Part shown: positions 36,021 to 49,090 of the stretch, piece after piece
Layout of the letters: each line of letters starts with the position of its first letter
How positions within the stretch are numbered: position 1 is the stretch's first letter
Assembly: GCA_964016885.1 (NCBI GenBank)
Contig: OZ024743.1
Coordinates: 218,674,001 to 218,738,000, forward strand
Source of the DNA: Eledone cirrhosa
Taxonomy: Eukaryota
Direction: 5' to 3'
Length of the DNA stretch: 64,000 nt
Made by a program: the position numbers and the translations under genes
Notes under the pieces: model-generated
Databases searched by the model: none
The model's input: the letters and a program-made list of their open reading frames with translations, nothing else
Told to the model about the DNA's origin: nothing

Positions 36021-38213
36021 CCCCCACATCGACCCAATAGAGGGGCCAGCAGTGTTAGTCCAGGGTAGTACAATAAGCAAGGCAATGAAAGATATGAAGA
36101 CGGGTAAGGCGGCTGGTCCTTCGGAAATAGTTGCTGAGATGCTGAAGGCATCTGGTTCGGTGGGACACACCATGGTCACCCGGATAGTTAACCAAGTCGT
36201 ACAGAATGGGGTTGTTCCGAAGGACTGGCGTAGCAGCATCATCGTTAACTGCTATAAGGGAAAAGGAGATGCCCTAGATAGGAGTAACTATAGAGGCATT
36301 AAATTAATCGATCAGGTCATGAAGGTCACGGAAAAACTAATAGCGCAACTAATCAGAGAGAGAATTGATCTAGATGAAATGCAGTTCGGGTTTGTGTCAG
36401 GCAAAAGTACCACAGACGCTCTTTTCATTGTACGACAACTACAGGAGAAGTACCTAGCTAAAAGTAAACCCCTATACTTAGCTTTCGTCGACTTGGAGAA
36501 AGCCTTCGACAGAGTCCCTCGTTCCATTATCTGGTGGTCTCTTAGAAAACTAGGTGTTGACGAATGGCTTGTGAGAGCTATACAAGCCATGTATAAAGAA
36601 ACAGTCAGTAAGGTTAAAATTAACAACGAATATAGTGAAGAGTTTAGTGTAAAAGTTGGTGTCCATCAGGGCTCTGTTCTTAGCCCCCTACTATTTATTA
36701 TTGCCCTTCAGGCTATAACAGAGGAGTTCAAGACCGGCTGCCCATGGGAACTCCTATACGCAGATGATCTAACGCTCATAGCTGAATCAATGACCGAACT
36801 CAAGAAGAAATTCCAAACATGGAAGCACGGCCTAGAATCAAAAGGCCTTAAAGTTAACCTGGCTAAGACTAAAGTTCTAGTTTGTAGGAAAGAAAATAAG
36901 GCGGCGGTCCCATCTGGGAAATGGCCATGCTCAGTGTGTAGGAAAGGCGTAGGTAGAAACTCCATTTTATGTCCCAAATGTAAAGTATGGGTGCATAAAA
37001 GATGTAGTGGGATCACAGGTAAGCTAACTAAGAGCATAGATTTTACATGTGGCCGGTGCTCTGGTCCAATAAGTAGCAGCAAGTGCCCACAAAATACTAG
37101 CTCCTTCAACTGCGCAGAGGGTTCTATAGAAATAGTGGACAGCTTCCGTTACCTGGGTGACAAAATCAGCAGTGGGGGAGGGTGCTCTGAAAGTACAGTA
37201 GCTAGAGTCAGAACTGGATGGAAAAAGTTCAGAGAGCTTATACCACTATTAGCCGCTAGAGGGTTCTCCCTAAAAATGAAAGGCAGGTTATATGATGCCT
37301 GCATACGAACAGCAATGCTGCATGGCAGTGAGACCTGGGCATTGTGTGCAGAGGATATACGCAGACTAGAGAGGAACGAAGCTTGCATGCTCCGCTGGAT
37401 GTGCAATAGTAATATACGTGAACGGCAAAGCATAAACGAACTAAGGAAAAAATTAGAAATAAGAGGGATCAGATGTTGTTTACTCGAGAGAAGGCTACGT
37501 TGGTACGGTCACGTGATGCGCATGAAAGACGACAGCTGTATAACAAAGTGCAGGGCAATAAAGATAGACGGTAGCCACGGAGTAGGCAGACCCAGAAAAA
37601 CATGGGACGAGCTGATAAATTCCGACCTCACACGCTTACACCTCTCCAAGACAATGTCACTGGACCGAGACCTTTGGCGGTACTCAGTAATAGAGAAGAC
37701 CCGCCTTACCTAAATACAAAGTAAAAACCTACTACAGTCAGTAGGCATCTCTATCAAAACACACCCCCGTCCCACCACCTCCACCCCATCCACACCGCCC
37801 CTTTCAATGTAAAGTTATGTTGGTCCCACAACATCCAGGCCGAAACAAATGAGATCGTGTAGTTGTCACGACAAAAAAAAACACACAGTTCACGCTGTAA
37901 ATGTGGCCGTGTAGGCAACACGGTAAAAACCTCCCAGCCCCACACTGTAAATGTGGTTGGTGTTAGGAAGGGCATCCAGCTGTAGAAAACCCGCCAGACA
38001 GTCCACGCTGTAATGTGGCCGTGTAGGCAACACGGTAAAAACCTCCCAGCCCCACACTGTAAATGTGGTTGGTGTTAGGAAGGGCATCCAACTGTAGAAA
38101 ACCCGCCAGACAGTCCTATGCGAGCAAGACAACCACTCTTGCCTCAAGTGGGAAAACCCCCGTCCAAACCCATGCAAGCGTGGAACACGGACGCTAAACC
38201 TGATGATGATGAT
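36021..38213 (+). mobile_element. Young 5'-truncated RTE LINE, 553-aa intact ORF with PHD-like finger in RT
   Basis: ORF 36052-37713: KAAGPSEI, YKGKGD...NYRGIKL, QFGF, DLEKAFD, QGSVLSP, YADD, C4HC3 cluster, FRYLG. Confidence 0.95.
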
Positions 38214-38253
38214 ATATATATACATACATACATATATATACATACATATATAC

Positions 38254-38290
<37 letters not shown>

Positions 38291-38309
38291 GCGCATACAT
38301 ATATATATC

Positions 38310-38923
38310 TTCGAGAGAAGACTACGTTGGTATGGTCACGTGATGCGCATGAAAGACGACAGCTGTATAAAAAAGTGCAGGGCAATAAAAATAGATGGTA
38401 GCCACGGAGCAGGCAGACCCAGAAAAACCTGGGACGACTTGATAAATTCCGACCTCACACACTTACACCTCTCCAAGGCAATGTCACTGGACCGAGAGCT
38501 TTGGCGCTACACAGTAATAGAGAAGACCCGCCTTACCTAAGTACAAAGTGAAACCTACTACAGTCAGTAGGCACCTCTAACAAAATACACCTGTCCCACT
38601 ACCCCCACCCCATCCACACCACCCCTTCAATGTAAAGTTATGTCGGTGTCACAACATCCAGCCCGAAACAAATGAGGTCGTGTAGGTGTCACGACAAAAA
38701 AACACACAGTCCACGCTGTAATGTGGCCGTGTAGGCAACACGGTAACAACCTCCCAGTTCCACACTGTAAATGTGGTTGGTGTTAGGAAGGGCACCCAGT
38801 CATAGAAAACCCGCCAGACAGTCCTATGCGAGCAAGACAACCACTCTTGCCTCAAGTGGGAAAATCCCCGTCCAAACCCATGCAAGCGTGGAATATGGAC
38901 GTTAAACGATGATGATGATGATG

Positions 38924-38924
<1 letters not shown>
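38310..38924 (+). mobile_element. Short 3' RTE copy
   Basis: ERRLRWYGHVMR...EKTRLT* plus 3'UTR and (GAT)n tail. Confidence 0.9.
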
Positions 38925-38983
<59 letters not shown>

Positions 38984-39601
38984 GTGTGCACATATTGAAA
39001 CCCCCATCGAAATCCTGACATATTCAGACACCAAACACTGTTATTACACAATTACTCACATAAAAAGAGGAAAAAAGAATGTTTTAAAAGAAAATTACAT
39101 TTCCCAGCAAAACACAGTCGAATTAACCTTTTGTAGTGTCTGAATGTGGCAGTCATTGCACAGAGAAAACAGTGGAGAACTACACTCATTTCATAATCTA
39201 TACTTTCTAAAGCCACAGCCACAGAAAAATACAATGGTGACAAAAGATTCCAATTCAAAATGAAAGCCAATTGTTGCTGTTGTTGTTGTTGTTGCTTTTA
39301 TTGCTTTTGCTTTTTGCTTTTTTTTTTTGTATGTTTTCTTATTGATTTTTTAGTTTGTTTTTATTTTTGTTTCAGTTTTGTTTTTTTGTGTTTTTTTTTT
39401 AGATTTTACCATACTTATAGTTATCATCATCATCATTAGCATTATCATTATCGTCATCATAATGCTTGTCATTGCTTTAAAGTCCATGCTAGTATTTGGT
39501 TGGATAGGTCTTAATGCAGCATATCTCCCATCTGTCTAGAGACTGAGTCAGTTAACCTATGAAGTTTAATGTGTTCAGATCTCACGAACACACACACATA
39601 C

Positions 39602-39653
<52 letters not shown>

Positions 39654-40919
39654 CCACACATACACACACCTCCCAAGTATTTTTCTTGGTCAATATCCTC
39701 TACAGTTGCTCTTCTGTCATCATCAACAGTTGCAAAAGTAAAATGTCAGAGTAAATATAATTATTTCTACTTTTGGCACAAGACTAGCAATTACCCCAGT
39801 GTATTATTGGTGCTTTATTTTTTTTACCCATAAGGATGAAAGGCAAAGTTAACCTAGGCGGGATTTGAACTGAGACCGTTAAGGGCCGTAACTGTATACT
39901 GCAAATCATCGCGTCTGACCCTCTACCATTGACCAGCTCTCATGTCTTGAGTTCAATTCCAGAGAAAGAATTTTGTTGTGTATTTGAAACATGAGCATCC
40001 ATCCTTAGAAATCTTGCCAAACAAAGGGTTGGGAGGACCCTCAGTTGTGTCAAAAACATGACAATCACCATTGTGCATACCATAGAATGTAAGACTGTAC
40101 ATAAGCGAGAAGACAGAACCCTAGCTTGTCTAGGTGATCAGTGGCCACTGCTTCATTACTGATTTGTTCTATGTAGACCTGTCGAACAAGTGCTAGCAGG
40201 GAAAGCGAACATTAAAACAATGATGATGATGACACCCAAATCTACACACTTCAATACGCTTAGCTTTCAGGATTAGGTTCCTGATAACTAGGGGATGTTG
40301 CTTGAGAAAGACTGGTGTCTTATCCCCTGAAAATTTATCTTTCATCTCCACAATAACTTAAGAACTTATCTTTGTTTTCACATTATCAACTTGTTGAACA
40401 TTTTCCCCAATTCACATTACTTTTTTCATGCAAGTGTACAAGTCTTTATTGTAATATTGTTCAATGTTTCTGATGACCAGTCAGCATTATCATTAACATT
40501 TTATATCAGCTTTTCCATGCTTGCAGAGGTTGGATGGGTCCTTTCCATCACAGCATCTCTCCATTTGCTGCAATTCTTTATCTCTTTTGTGGGTTTCAGT
40601 GATTTGAGATTAGCTCTGCTCATGTCTGCCTTGATCTTTCTCTACTGCAGTTTCCTTCCACTAAAGATTTCTTGGCACTACTTTACCCAATAATCATCAT
40701 CAATATGCATCACATGGCCATACCAGTGCAGTCTTCTCTCCTACACACTACATCTGATTCCTATTCTACCCAGCTTTTCTCTCAACACATCCATGTAGAT
40801 TCATACTTGTAGATTCACTCTTTTGTTTCTGTAAGCATAACTAGTCTTGCTTATAAAAAATGCAGTCATAAATTAGACCATGATAATTTCAAGTCTACTG
40901 AAACTAAGTTATGTGCCCT

Positions 40920-41245
40920 ATGATCTATAAATAGGCTCAATATCTCTGATGTACTAAGACTGATCTACATGTAGGCCACCTATCCCCATTTTACTGAGAT
41001 CCTGATTTATATGGAAGAACCTTGCCCCCAATGTATTAAAATTCTGATCTACATATAGACATCCTATCCTCAATTTATTAAGACTCTCATCAACATGTAG
41101 ACATCCTATCTTATTTATTGATTCTGATCTACATGTAGATATCCTATCCTTAATTTACTGATTCTGATCTACATGTAGACATCCTATCCTCAATTTACTA
41201 AGACTGATTTATATGTAAGCACCTTATCTCTGATTTACTGAGTTT
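40920..41245. repeat. Degenerate ~40 bp minisatellite
   Basis: Recurring ATTCTGATCTACATGTAGACATCCTATCCTCAATTTACT. Confidence 0.8.
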
Positions 41246-41518
41246 CTAAGTTCCATGTTCTCAGATTTACCTGAGTCATCTGCTTTCAGGTTTAAACATA
41301 GATGATTTATAAATACTTTATTGTGTACAAAAATTAGCAATGCATTGACAAAAATTGCTTTGATTTTAATTATATGTTACATCACACAGAAATAACAAAG
41401 ATTACCCTGTATATGTAAACATACTTAGTCATGTTATCACTATAGCTGTAACTCTGATAAACTAGGCTTGAAGGCAAGGGTTACATCTCACTAAACAATA
41501 TACAACAGCAATACCAAC

Positions 41519-41623
41519 CTTGCTAAATTCTTGAAAGATGTAGGAGAGTGTTCTTGGAATAATGCCTCTGTCAGCATATTTTTCAGCACCTCCTGTGATT
41601 GTAAATGTCTTTCCACTACCAGT
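41519..41623 (-). CDS. KIF6: Kinesin-9 (KIF6-like) motor domain exon, 105 nt
   Basis: ag|ACTGGTAGTGGAAAG...AGCAAG|gt translates TGSGKTFTITGGAEKYADRGIIPRTLSYIFQEFSK, closely matching the KIF6 sequence as I recall it (TGSGKTFTITGGAERYSDRGIIPRTLSYIF). Confidence 0.88.
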
Positions 41624-43505
41624 CTGTTAAGTTAATTTAGAATACAAAATTTAGTAAATAATATATGTATGAATTAAAATTACTTTTTAAAAAAATACAA
41701 AGAGAAGAGTTACTTAGTGGTTGAATTTTTTAACTTTAGATTTGCATAAAAGCCTCAAAAGCAATTACAAACATTGTATGAAAAGAGAATTTACTTGCTT
41801 GGGTTGTGTCAGAAAATTAGATTAAACCAATGGTTTTTGTCTCAAATATTCTATAATATTCGTTTTGCCTGAATTACACAAATACTTTCTTGCCCCTTTC
41901 ATCTACAAGATAAACACACCCAGTACACACTGTAAAGTGGTTGGTGATAGTAAGGGCATCTAACCATAGAAAGCTTGCCAAACAAAGGGTTGAGAGGACC
42001 TTTTAATTGTATCAAGGACATGACAGCCTCCCTAGTTCAAGTGGCTGGTGTTAAGAAGGGCATCCAGCCATAGAAAGCCTGCCAGGCAAGGGGTTAGGAG
42101 GACCCTTCAGTTTGTGTAAAAGACATAACTCCTCTGCACTCTATATGACCATATGTAAGTAGGATACAGACACCCCGCCTCGGCCTGTCTGGGAGGTCAG
42201 TAGCCCCACTTCAGTACTGACTTGGTCATTGAAGACCTATCCAAACCTTGTTAGCAAGGTTAGCAAATGATGATGATGATAATTTATTTATATATCTTTT
42301 TGATAATGCATTATGTCAGCAATAGCATTGTTGGTTACAGATTTCCAAACAAGCAATCAATTTCAGTGCAGTTACGATGATGAAAGGGACAAGAAAGTGA
42401 CTCTACAACTCAGACAAGAACAAATACTATAGATTATTTGAGCCAAAACCCACTGGTTTATAGGTTTTCTTACTGACGTTTAAATCTTTCATTAATATAC
42501 AGATATACACAAAGATAAGAAGGGAAGGAAAGGGGTCAATCATCAGATCGAATTGAAGACACTATCTTTTCATTGTTTTCCCCCACCCCTTACTGATACT
42601 ATCTGTCAGGCAGAAGCATCATCAGTTTTCAATGACAAGAGACAGGATTTGAAATCAGAAGGTACAGAGCCAGAATCAACACTACAGTGTAATTCATCTG
42701 ATGCTTTAACAATCCTGCCGATCAACCACCCCTGGACTGATGCTTTATTTATTAATCCCTGAAAGGATGAAAAACAGAGTCGACACCACAAAGTTGACAC
42801 CACTAGGATTTGAACTCTGAGTGCAGATAGTCAGATAATCAGTACAAATACCAATGCATTTAATCCAATGCTCAAATCATTCTGACAATTCACCCATATA
42901 CAAGGGTGTCTCTGGCCATTCTCCATGGTAATGTTTTGCCGTTTTGTCCATGGGGTGCAGCTGAGGCGCAGCTCAGACTGGGGTGTAGTGACAATTCCTC
43001 CCCCCTCCTTATTTTTGTCACTTGATCCTTCTTTCTTTTTCTCCTTTACATTTTCTTCTTCCTTTTCTTTTCTCTTTAATAGTGGGTTTCGTTTTTACTA
43101 GATACTGCTCAATTATTTTTATATAATGTCAATGGCCTCTCATGACATTGTGAGATTTTCTGTATTGAATAGATTATTAATTAAAGAAAGAAATCTATAC
43201 AGATATACATAAACGAAGGTCTTCCACATAGTTTCCAGCTACAAAACTCCACTCAGAAAGTATCAACTAATCCAAGGTTATGACAGAAAATATTTGCCCA
43301 AGGTGCTTGCACAGTGGGTCTGAAGTCAGAATGATGTGTTTGCAAAGGAAATTTCTTAAACACACAACCATAGGATGGGTTGTAAAGAAATAGTTATATA
43401 AATAGCTTAGTGCTGATTCAATTGTTCATATCTACTCCACTCTACTACAAGAGCTGATAAAAGCCAACATTAACAAGAACTAGATGTAACATGTAAAAAT
43501 AATAC

Positions 43506-43548
43506 CTGTCCATAGGCAAATATAGTTCCATTGTATCCAGCAAGGACA
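43506..43548 (-). CDS. KIF6: Kinesin-9 (KIF6-like) motor domain exon, 43 nt
   Basis: ttttctag|T GTC CTT GCT GGA TAC AAT GGA ACT ATA TTT GCC TAT GGA CAG|gtatt = VLAGYNGTIFAYGQ, which splices in frame to the 41519-41623 exon. Confidence 0.88.
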
Positions 43549-43782
43549 CTAGAAAAAAGAAAAAGATAAGAATGATAACAAGTTAAATTTAAAACGGGAG
43601 GGGGGGGACAGAGGTTAGAGAGAGGTTACAGTTTTAAAGAAATAGATGGATATATGAAGATAATCAGGCAGGCAGAGAGAGAGAGAGAGATGGACAGGCA
43701 GATAGATAGATAGATAAGCAAGTAGACAGACAGACACATAGATAAATAAGCAGATATAAATTAATGATGATAGATAGATAGA

Positions 43783-46367
43783 TATGTTTCTTTATTAGCC
43801 ACAGTGGCACAAAAGAAGGGGACAAATACAAAGGGGGAAGTTTACATACAATAAAAACGTGTAAAATACTATCACAAATGCAATTTAAAATTAATCGATT
43901 TTCCCCAATAGGGGGAGACATTACATATGGGTAACACATACCCCCGAAAAAGATGTGCAACCTTCATCTCCAGGAGTACGAAGGGTGAGTACCCCCTTCC
44001 TCTCTTCCTCTTTTTCCTCAACCTACAGGCTGATATAGAGAGAAGGCCCATTCACTCGGGCCATTCTCACCACTTTCACCCACCTGTGATAAAACTTGCT
44101 AGGGTACAGCACCTCTCTCTCCATCCTGATTCTTCTTCCAAAGTGGTATTTGAAAAAAAGAACCAGTTGTTGGCCGGAGAGAAAGGAGTCTGACCTCAGC
44201 CCTTTTAACCTCATCCACCATACAACCTCTTTCGCCATAGCTATCACACAAAGGAAAACCGCCTCTCCTTCGTTTTTGAAGGAGGGTGGCGGTTTGATCA
44301 TGACAATGGACTCAGTGGTCAACCGAATTGGTCCTACCCATGACAATAATCGTTCTACATAGCCCCACAGGTTGGTAATGGCTGGGCAGTGTACGAATGC
44401 GTGCGCGACGGTTTCTTCGTCTTGCACACATCTCGGACAGATCTTTTTCGAAGGGTCCCTGCCCGGGCGCCCATGTCTGTAGAGCTTGTCTCGAACTGGT
44501 AGAGCTCCTCGGTAGCACTGCCAGGCCAGGGACTTTTGGAAGTTGTCCATTGGTCCCGGGCAGAAGGTCCTACCAAACAGACTAGCCAGTAGTTCTTCCT
44601 CTATGCCTAGAGTTTCTCCGAGCGCGTCATCGCACTTGCTGTGGGCCAACCCTCTATAGAATGACGAAGTGGAGTCTCCACTGATCGCCGGGTCCGCCTG
44701 CCAGAGGGCTGTGAGCGCCTGAGCACATTCGATGTGCCAGTCACCCATTTTCTTCGGTCTTTGCTTGGCCCAGGACTGCACTCGGTCAGCGAGACGAGTC
44801 GTGGGAAGGTTCGCCTCATGAACGGGGCCCACACCGGTTGTCCGATGAGGAATACGTGGAGGTGCCGCAGCCTGAGATGGATCTTCTCACCAAAGGAGCC
44901 CATTTCTTCCAAAGGAATTGGAAGAGCACGTGCTCCATTTTGGTGAGAGTTTTGTCTGGACAAGGCACGACGCTCAAGCAGTAGTAGATGACGGATGCAC
45001 TAAAAGTGTTCGCCACCTCCACTCGACCTTTCAAGGATAGTTTGCACTTGGCCTACTTCTAGGTGAGCGCAAACACCTTGGCCGTCACCTCGTTCCAGTT
45101 CTTCACCACCTGGAGGTCCGGACCAAACCAGACCCCGAGCATCTTCACCGGTCCTTCCGTCCAGCGTTCAACAACGCCATCGGAAGGCATCGGTTTGCCT
45201 CTCCACGATCCGAGTTGCAAATCGACGGACTTGTTCCGGTTCAGCTTCGTTCCTGTGAACCTTTCGTATTCCTTCAGTAAGGTGTCGACTTCCTCGATTT
45301 GCGAGGTGCTCGACACCATTACTGTCATGTCGTCGGCGTAGGCCAACACCGCTTTCCGCAGTCCCGGTTCTCGAGGGATGCCCTGCAATAGCTCCAACTT
45401 CCACAGTAGTGGCTCGAGAGTCAGTACATACAGAAGGGAGGAAAGAGGGCATCCCTGTCGGATGGATCGCGTGATATGGAACGGCTCCGAGAGGTAGCCA
45501 TTCACCTTGACCCTTGAGCAGATGTTGCTGTTGTGCATTGCAGCAATCCAGCCCCTGGACACGGGTCCGAAGCCTGCCGCCTCGAGCACCGCATCCAGGT
45601 AACGTTGGTCAACCCTATCGAAAGCCTTAGACTGATCCAAGTTGATCAGGACCCCACCAAAGCCGGGTTTAGACCCTACGCTCTTTATGATGTATCACAT
45701 GAGGTGGAGGTTGTCATGTATAGACCTGGTCAGGATTGCGCATGTCTGCGCTTCTCTCACCAGGTTTTCCACGACAAGCACCAGCCTCTTTGCCAACACC
45801 TTGGCCAAAATCTGTAACTCTGTGTTTAGCAGAGTTATGGGCCGGAAGTTTCCTATGTCATCCCCCTTATTCTCGTCCTTCCTGACTAGTGTGACTACGC
45901 CCCTGGTCACAGAACTGGGAATTCTCCCGTTCTGCTGCAAGTTGCAGTAAACCGCTTCCAGGAGACCGGAGAACAAGTCCGGCATTGCTACATAAAATTT
46001 CCTAGGGTAGACCATCGAGACCTGGAGATTTGCGTTTGCCACATTGGCTCAGCGCGTCCCCTATCTCAGCGGCTGAAATCAGCTTTCCGCAGAACTTTGC
46101 CTCACCGTCCGAGAGTCGCGGTAGGCCGTCGAAGTATGGACCAAAATCCATAGCCCCTCCCGGCGTGCCGCCCTGCCCGAACAGCTGAGAAAAGTGCCGC
46201 TGAAAGGCCGCACACATCTGCTTCAGCTCACGTATCATGCATCCGTCTTGGTCCTTCAAAGACCGAATCGTGGACTTGTTGCCACTTTTCGCCTCCGTCA
46301 CCCGGGCCCAGCTAACAGCTTTGGCTCCCTCATTACCCAGAGCACGTATTTTGCTTCTGACAATGCA
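43783..46367 (-). mobile_element. Tx1/L1-clade LINE copy A (5'-truncated, decayed)
   Basis: KSPGLDGLP, NFRPITLLNTELQILAKVLA, DQSKAFDRVD, RQGCPLS, YADD and a C-terminal CPRC..EETVAHAFVHC zinc knuckle. Confidence 0.92.
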
Positions 46368-46387
46368 GATAGATAGATAGATAGATA

Positions 46388-47716
46388 GATTTCTTTATTT
46401 TCCACAAGGGTGCACAAGAAAAGGGGACAATACAAACACATGCTGGGGATTTTACATACAGTCGTGTAAAAAAATATTGAAACAAACAAATATAACAATC
46501 GAAATACCCAATAGGGGGGAGGTGCCACAAATGGGTTGTTTAATATCCCGTCGATAGAAAAACCCTCAACTTCAGGTGCGTGTTGTGCAAGTGCTCCCTT
46601 CTTCCTTTTGCTCTCTTCTTTAACCTACAGGCTTATAAACAGAGAAGGCCCAATCACTCGGGCCATTTTCGCTTCATTCACCCACCTTTCAGTAAATTTA
46701 CTGGGGTGCAGTGCCTCGCTCTCTACTCTGATTCTCCTTCTAAAGTGATACTTAAAGAAGGGAATCAATTGTTGTCCAGAGAGAAAGGCATCTGTCCTCA
46801 GTCCTCTCAATCTCGTCCACCATATAACCTCTTTCACCATAGCCACTGTACAGAGGAAAACCGCCTCTCTGTCGTTTTTTAAAGAGGCTGGCGGTTTGAT
46901 CCTTACTATGGACTCGGCAGTCAACTGGATTTGTCCCATATGCAACAGCAGTTGTTCTGCATAATTCCACAGGTCGGTTACGCCCAGGCAGTGTACAATT
47001 GCGTGCAGGACGGTTTCAATGTCCTGCGCGCATCTTGGGCATGTCCTCTTGGAAGGATCCCTGCCGGGGCGTCCGTGCCTGTAGATCTTGTTACGAACCG
47101 GTAGAGCTCCTCGGTAGCACTGCCAGGCCAGGGACCTCCGGAAGTTGTCCATAGGTCCCGGGCGGAAAGTCCTACCAAACAGACTGGTCAGCTCATCGTC
47201 TTTGACGTCCAGAGTTTTTCCGAGCACGTCGTCGCCCTTGTAACGCACAATCCCTCTATAGAATGTCGAAGTGGAGTCTCCACTGATTGCTGTGCCCGCT
47301 TGCTAGAGGACTGTGAGTGCCTGAGCGCATTCAATGTGCCAGGCGCCCATCGTCTTCAGTCTTTTCTTGACCCAGGACTGCAGCTCTGTCAGCGAGACGA
47401 GCTGCGGGAACGCCTGTCTCACAAACGGTTCCCACACTGGTTGGGGGTCTGTGAGGAATACCTAGAGATGCCTCAGCCTCAGTGCATGTTTGTGCATCAT
47501 CAGCGACGGCATTCCCAGCCCTCCATTGGAAGGGTGCTGACAGCAGACAGATCTCCTCACCAGCAGAGCCTGCTTCTTCCACAGAAACTGGAAGAGCATG
47601 CGTTCCATCTTGGCGAGGTGTTCACGGGGACAAGGCACGACAGTCAAGCGGTAGTAGATGACGGATGCTATGAAAGTGTTCGCCACCTCCACTCGACCTT
47701 TCAAGGACAGTTTGCA
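46388..47716 (-). mobile_element. Tx1/L1-clade LINE copy B (diverged subfamily)
   Basis: LSLKGRVEVAN..., CPRCAQDIETVLHAIVHC; flanked by GATA repeats. Confidence 0.9.
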
Positions 47717-47719
47717 TAG

Positions 47720-49052
47720 ATATATTTCTTTATTAGCCACAGGGGCACAAAAGAAGGGGACAAATACAAAGGGGGAAGTTTACATACAATAAAAACGTGT
47801 AAAATGTTATCACAAATGGAATTTAAAAAGTTAGTCGATTTTCCCCAATAGAGGGAGACAGTTTATATGGGTAACACATACCCTCGAAAAAATGTGCAAC
47901 CCTCGTCTCCAGGAGTACGAAGAGTTTGTACTCCTTTCCTCTCCTCCTCCTTTTCCTCAACCTACAGGCTGATATAGAGAGAAGGCCCATTCACTCGGGC
48001 CATTCTCGCCACTTTCACCCACCTTTCATAAAACTTGCTGGGGTACAGCACCTCTCTCTCCATCCTGATTCTTCTTCCAAAGTGGTATTTGAAAAAAAGA
48101 ATCAGTTGTTGGCCGGAGAGAAAGGTGTCTGACCTCAGCCCTTTCAACCTTGTCCACCATACAACCTCTTTCGCCATAGCTATCACACAAAGGAAAACCG
48201 CCTCTCCTTCGTTTTTGAAGGAGGGTGGCGGTTTGATCATGACAATGGACTCGGTGGTCAACTGGATTGGTCCCACCCGCGACAATAGTCGTTCTACATA
48301 GCCCCACAGGTCAGTGACGCCCGGGCAGTGTATGAATGCGTGCGCGACGGTTTCTTCGTCTCGCACGCACCTCGGACAGATCTTTTTTGCAGGGTCCCTG
48401 CCCGGGCGCCCATGTCTGTAGAGCTTGTCTCGAACTGGTAGAGCTCCTCGGTAGCACTGCCAGGCCAGGGACTTTTGGAAGTTGTCCATCGGTCCCGGGC
48501 GGAAGGTCCTACCAAACAGACTGGCCAGTTCATCTTCCTCTACGCCTAGAGTTTCACCGAGCGCGTCGTCGCACTTGCTGCGGACCAACCCTCTATAGAA
48601 TGACGAAGTGGAGTCTCCACTGATCGCCGGGTCCGCCTGCCAGAGGGCTGTGAGCGCCTGAGCACATTCGATGTGCCAGTCGCCCATTTTCCTCGGTCTT
48701 TGCTTGACCCAGGACTGCAGCTCGGTCAGTGAGACGAGTCGTGGGAAGGCTCGCCTCACGAACGGGGCCCACACTGGTTGGGGGTCTGTGAGGAATACCT
48801 AGAGATGCCTCAGCCTCAGCGCATGTTTGCGCATCATCAGCCACGGCATTACCAGCCATCCATTGGAAGGGTGCTGACAGCAGACAGATCTCCTCACCAG
48901 CAGAGCCTGCTTCTTCCACAGAAACTGGAAGAGCATGCGTTCCATCTTGGCGAGGTGTTCACGAGGACAAGGCACGACAGTCAAGCGGTAGTAGATGACG
49001 GATGCTATGAAAGTGTTCGCCACCTCCACTCGACCTTTCAAGGACAGTTTGC

Positions 49053-49053
<1 letters not shown>
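47720..49053 (-). mobile_element. Tx1/L1-clade LINE copy C (A/B chimera)
   Basis: 47720-48770 resembles copy A; 48770-49053 resembles copy B. Confidence 0.9.

Positions 49054-49090
<37 letters not shown>

Noticed and set aside
44096-49056. Plus-strand ORFs overlapping the Tx1 copies
   Set aside because: Antisense shadows of GC-richer LINE coding sequence.
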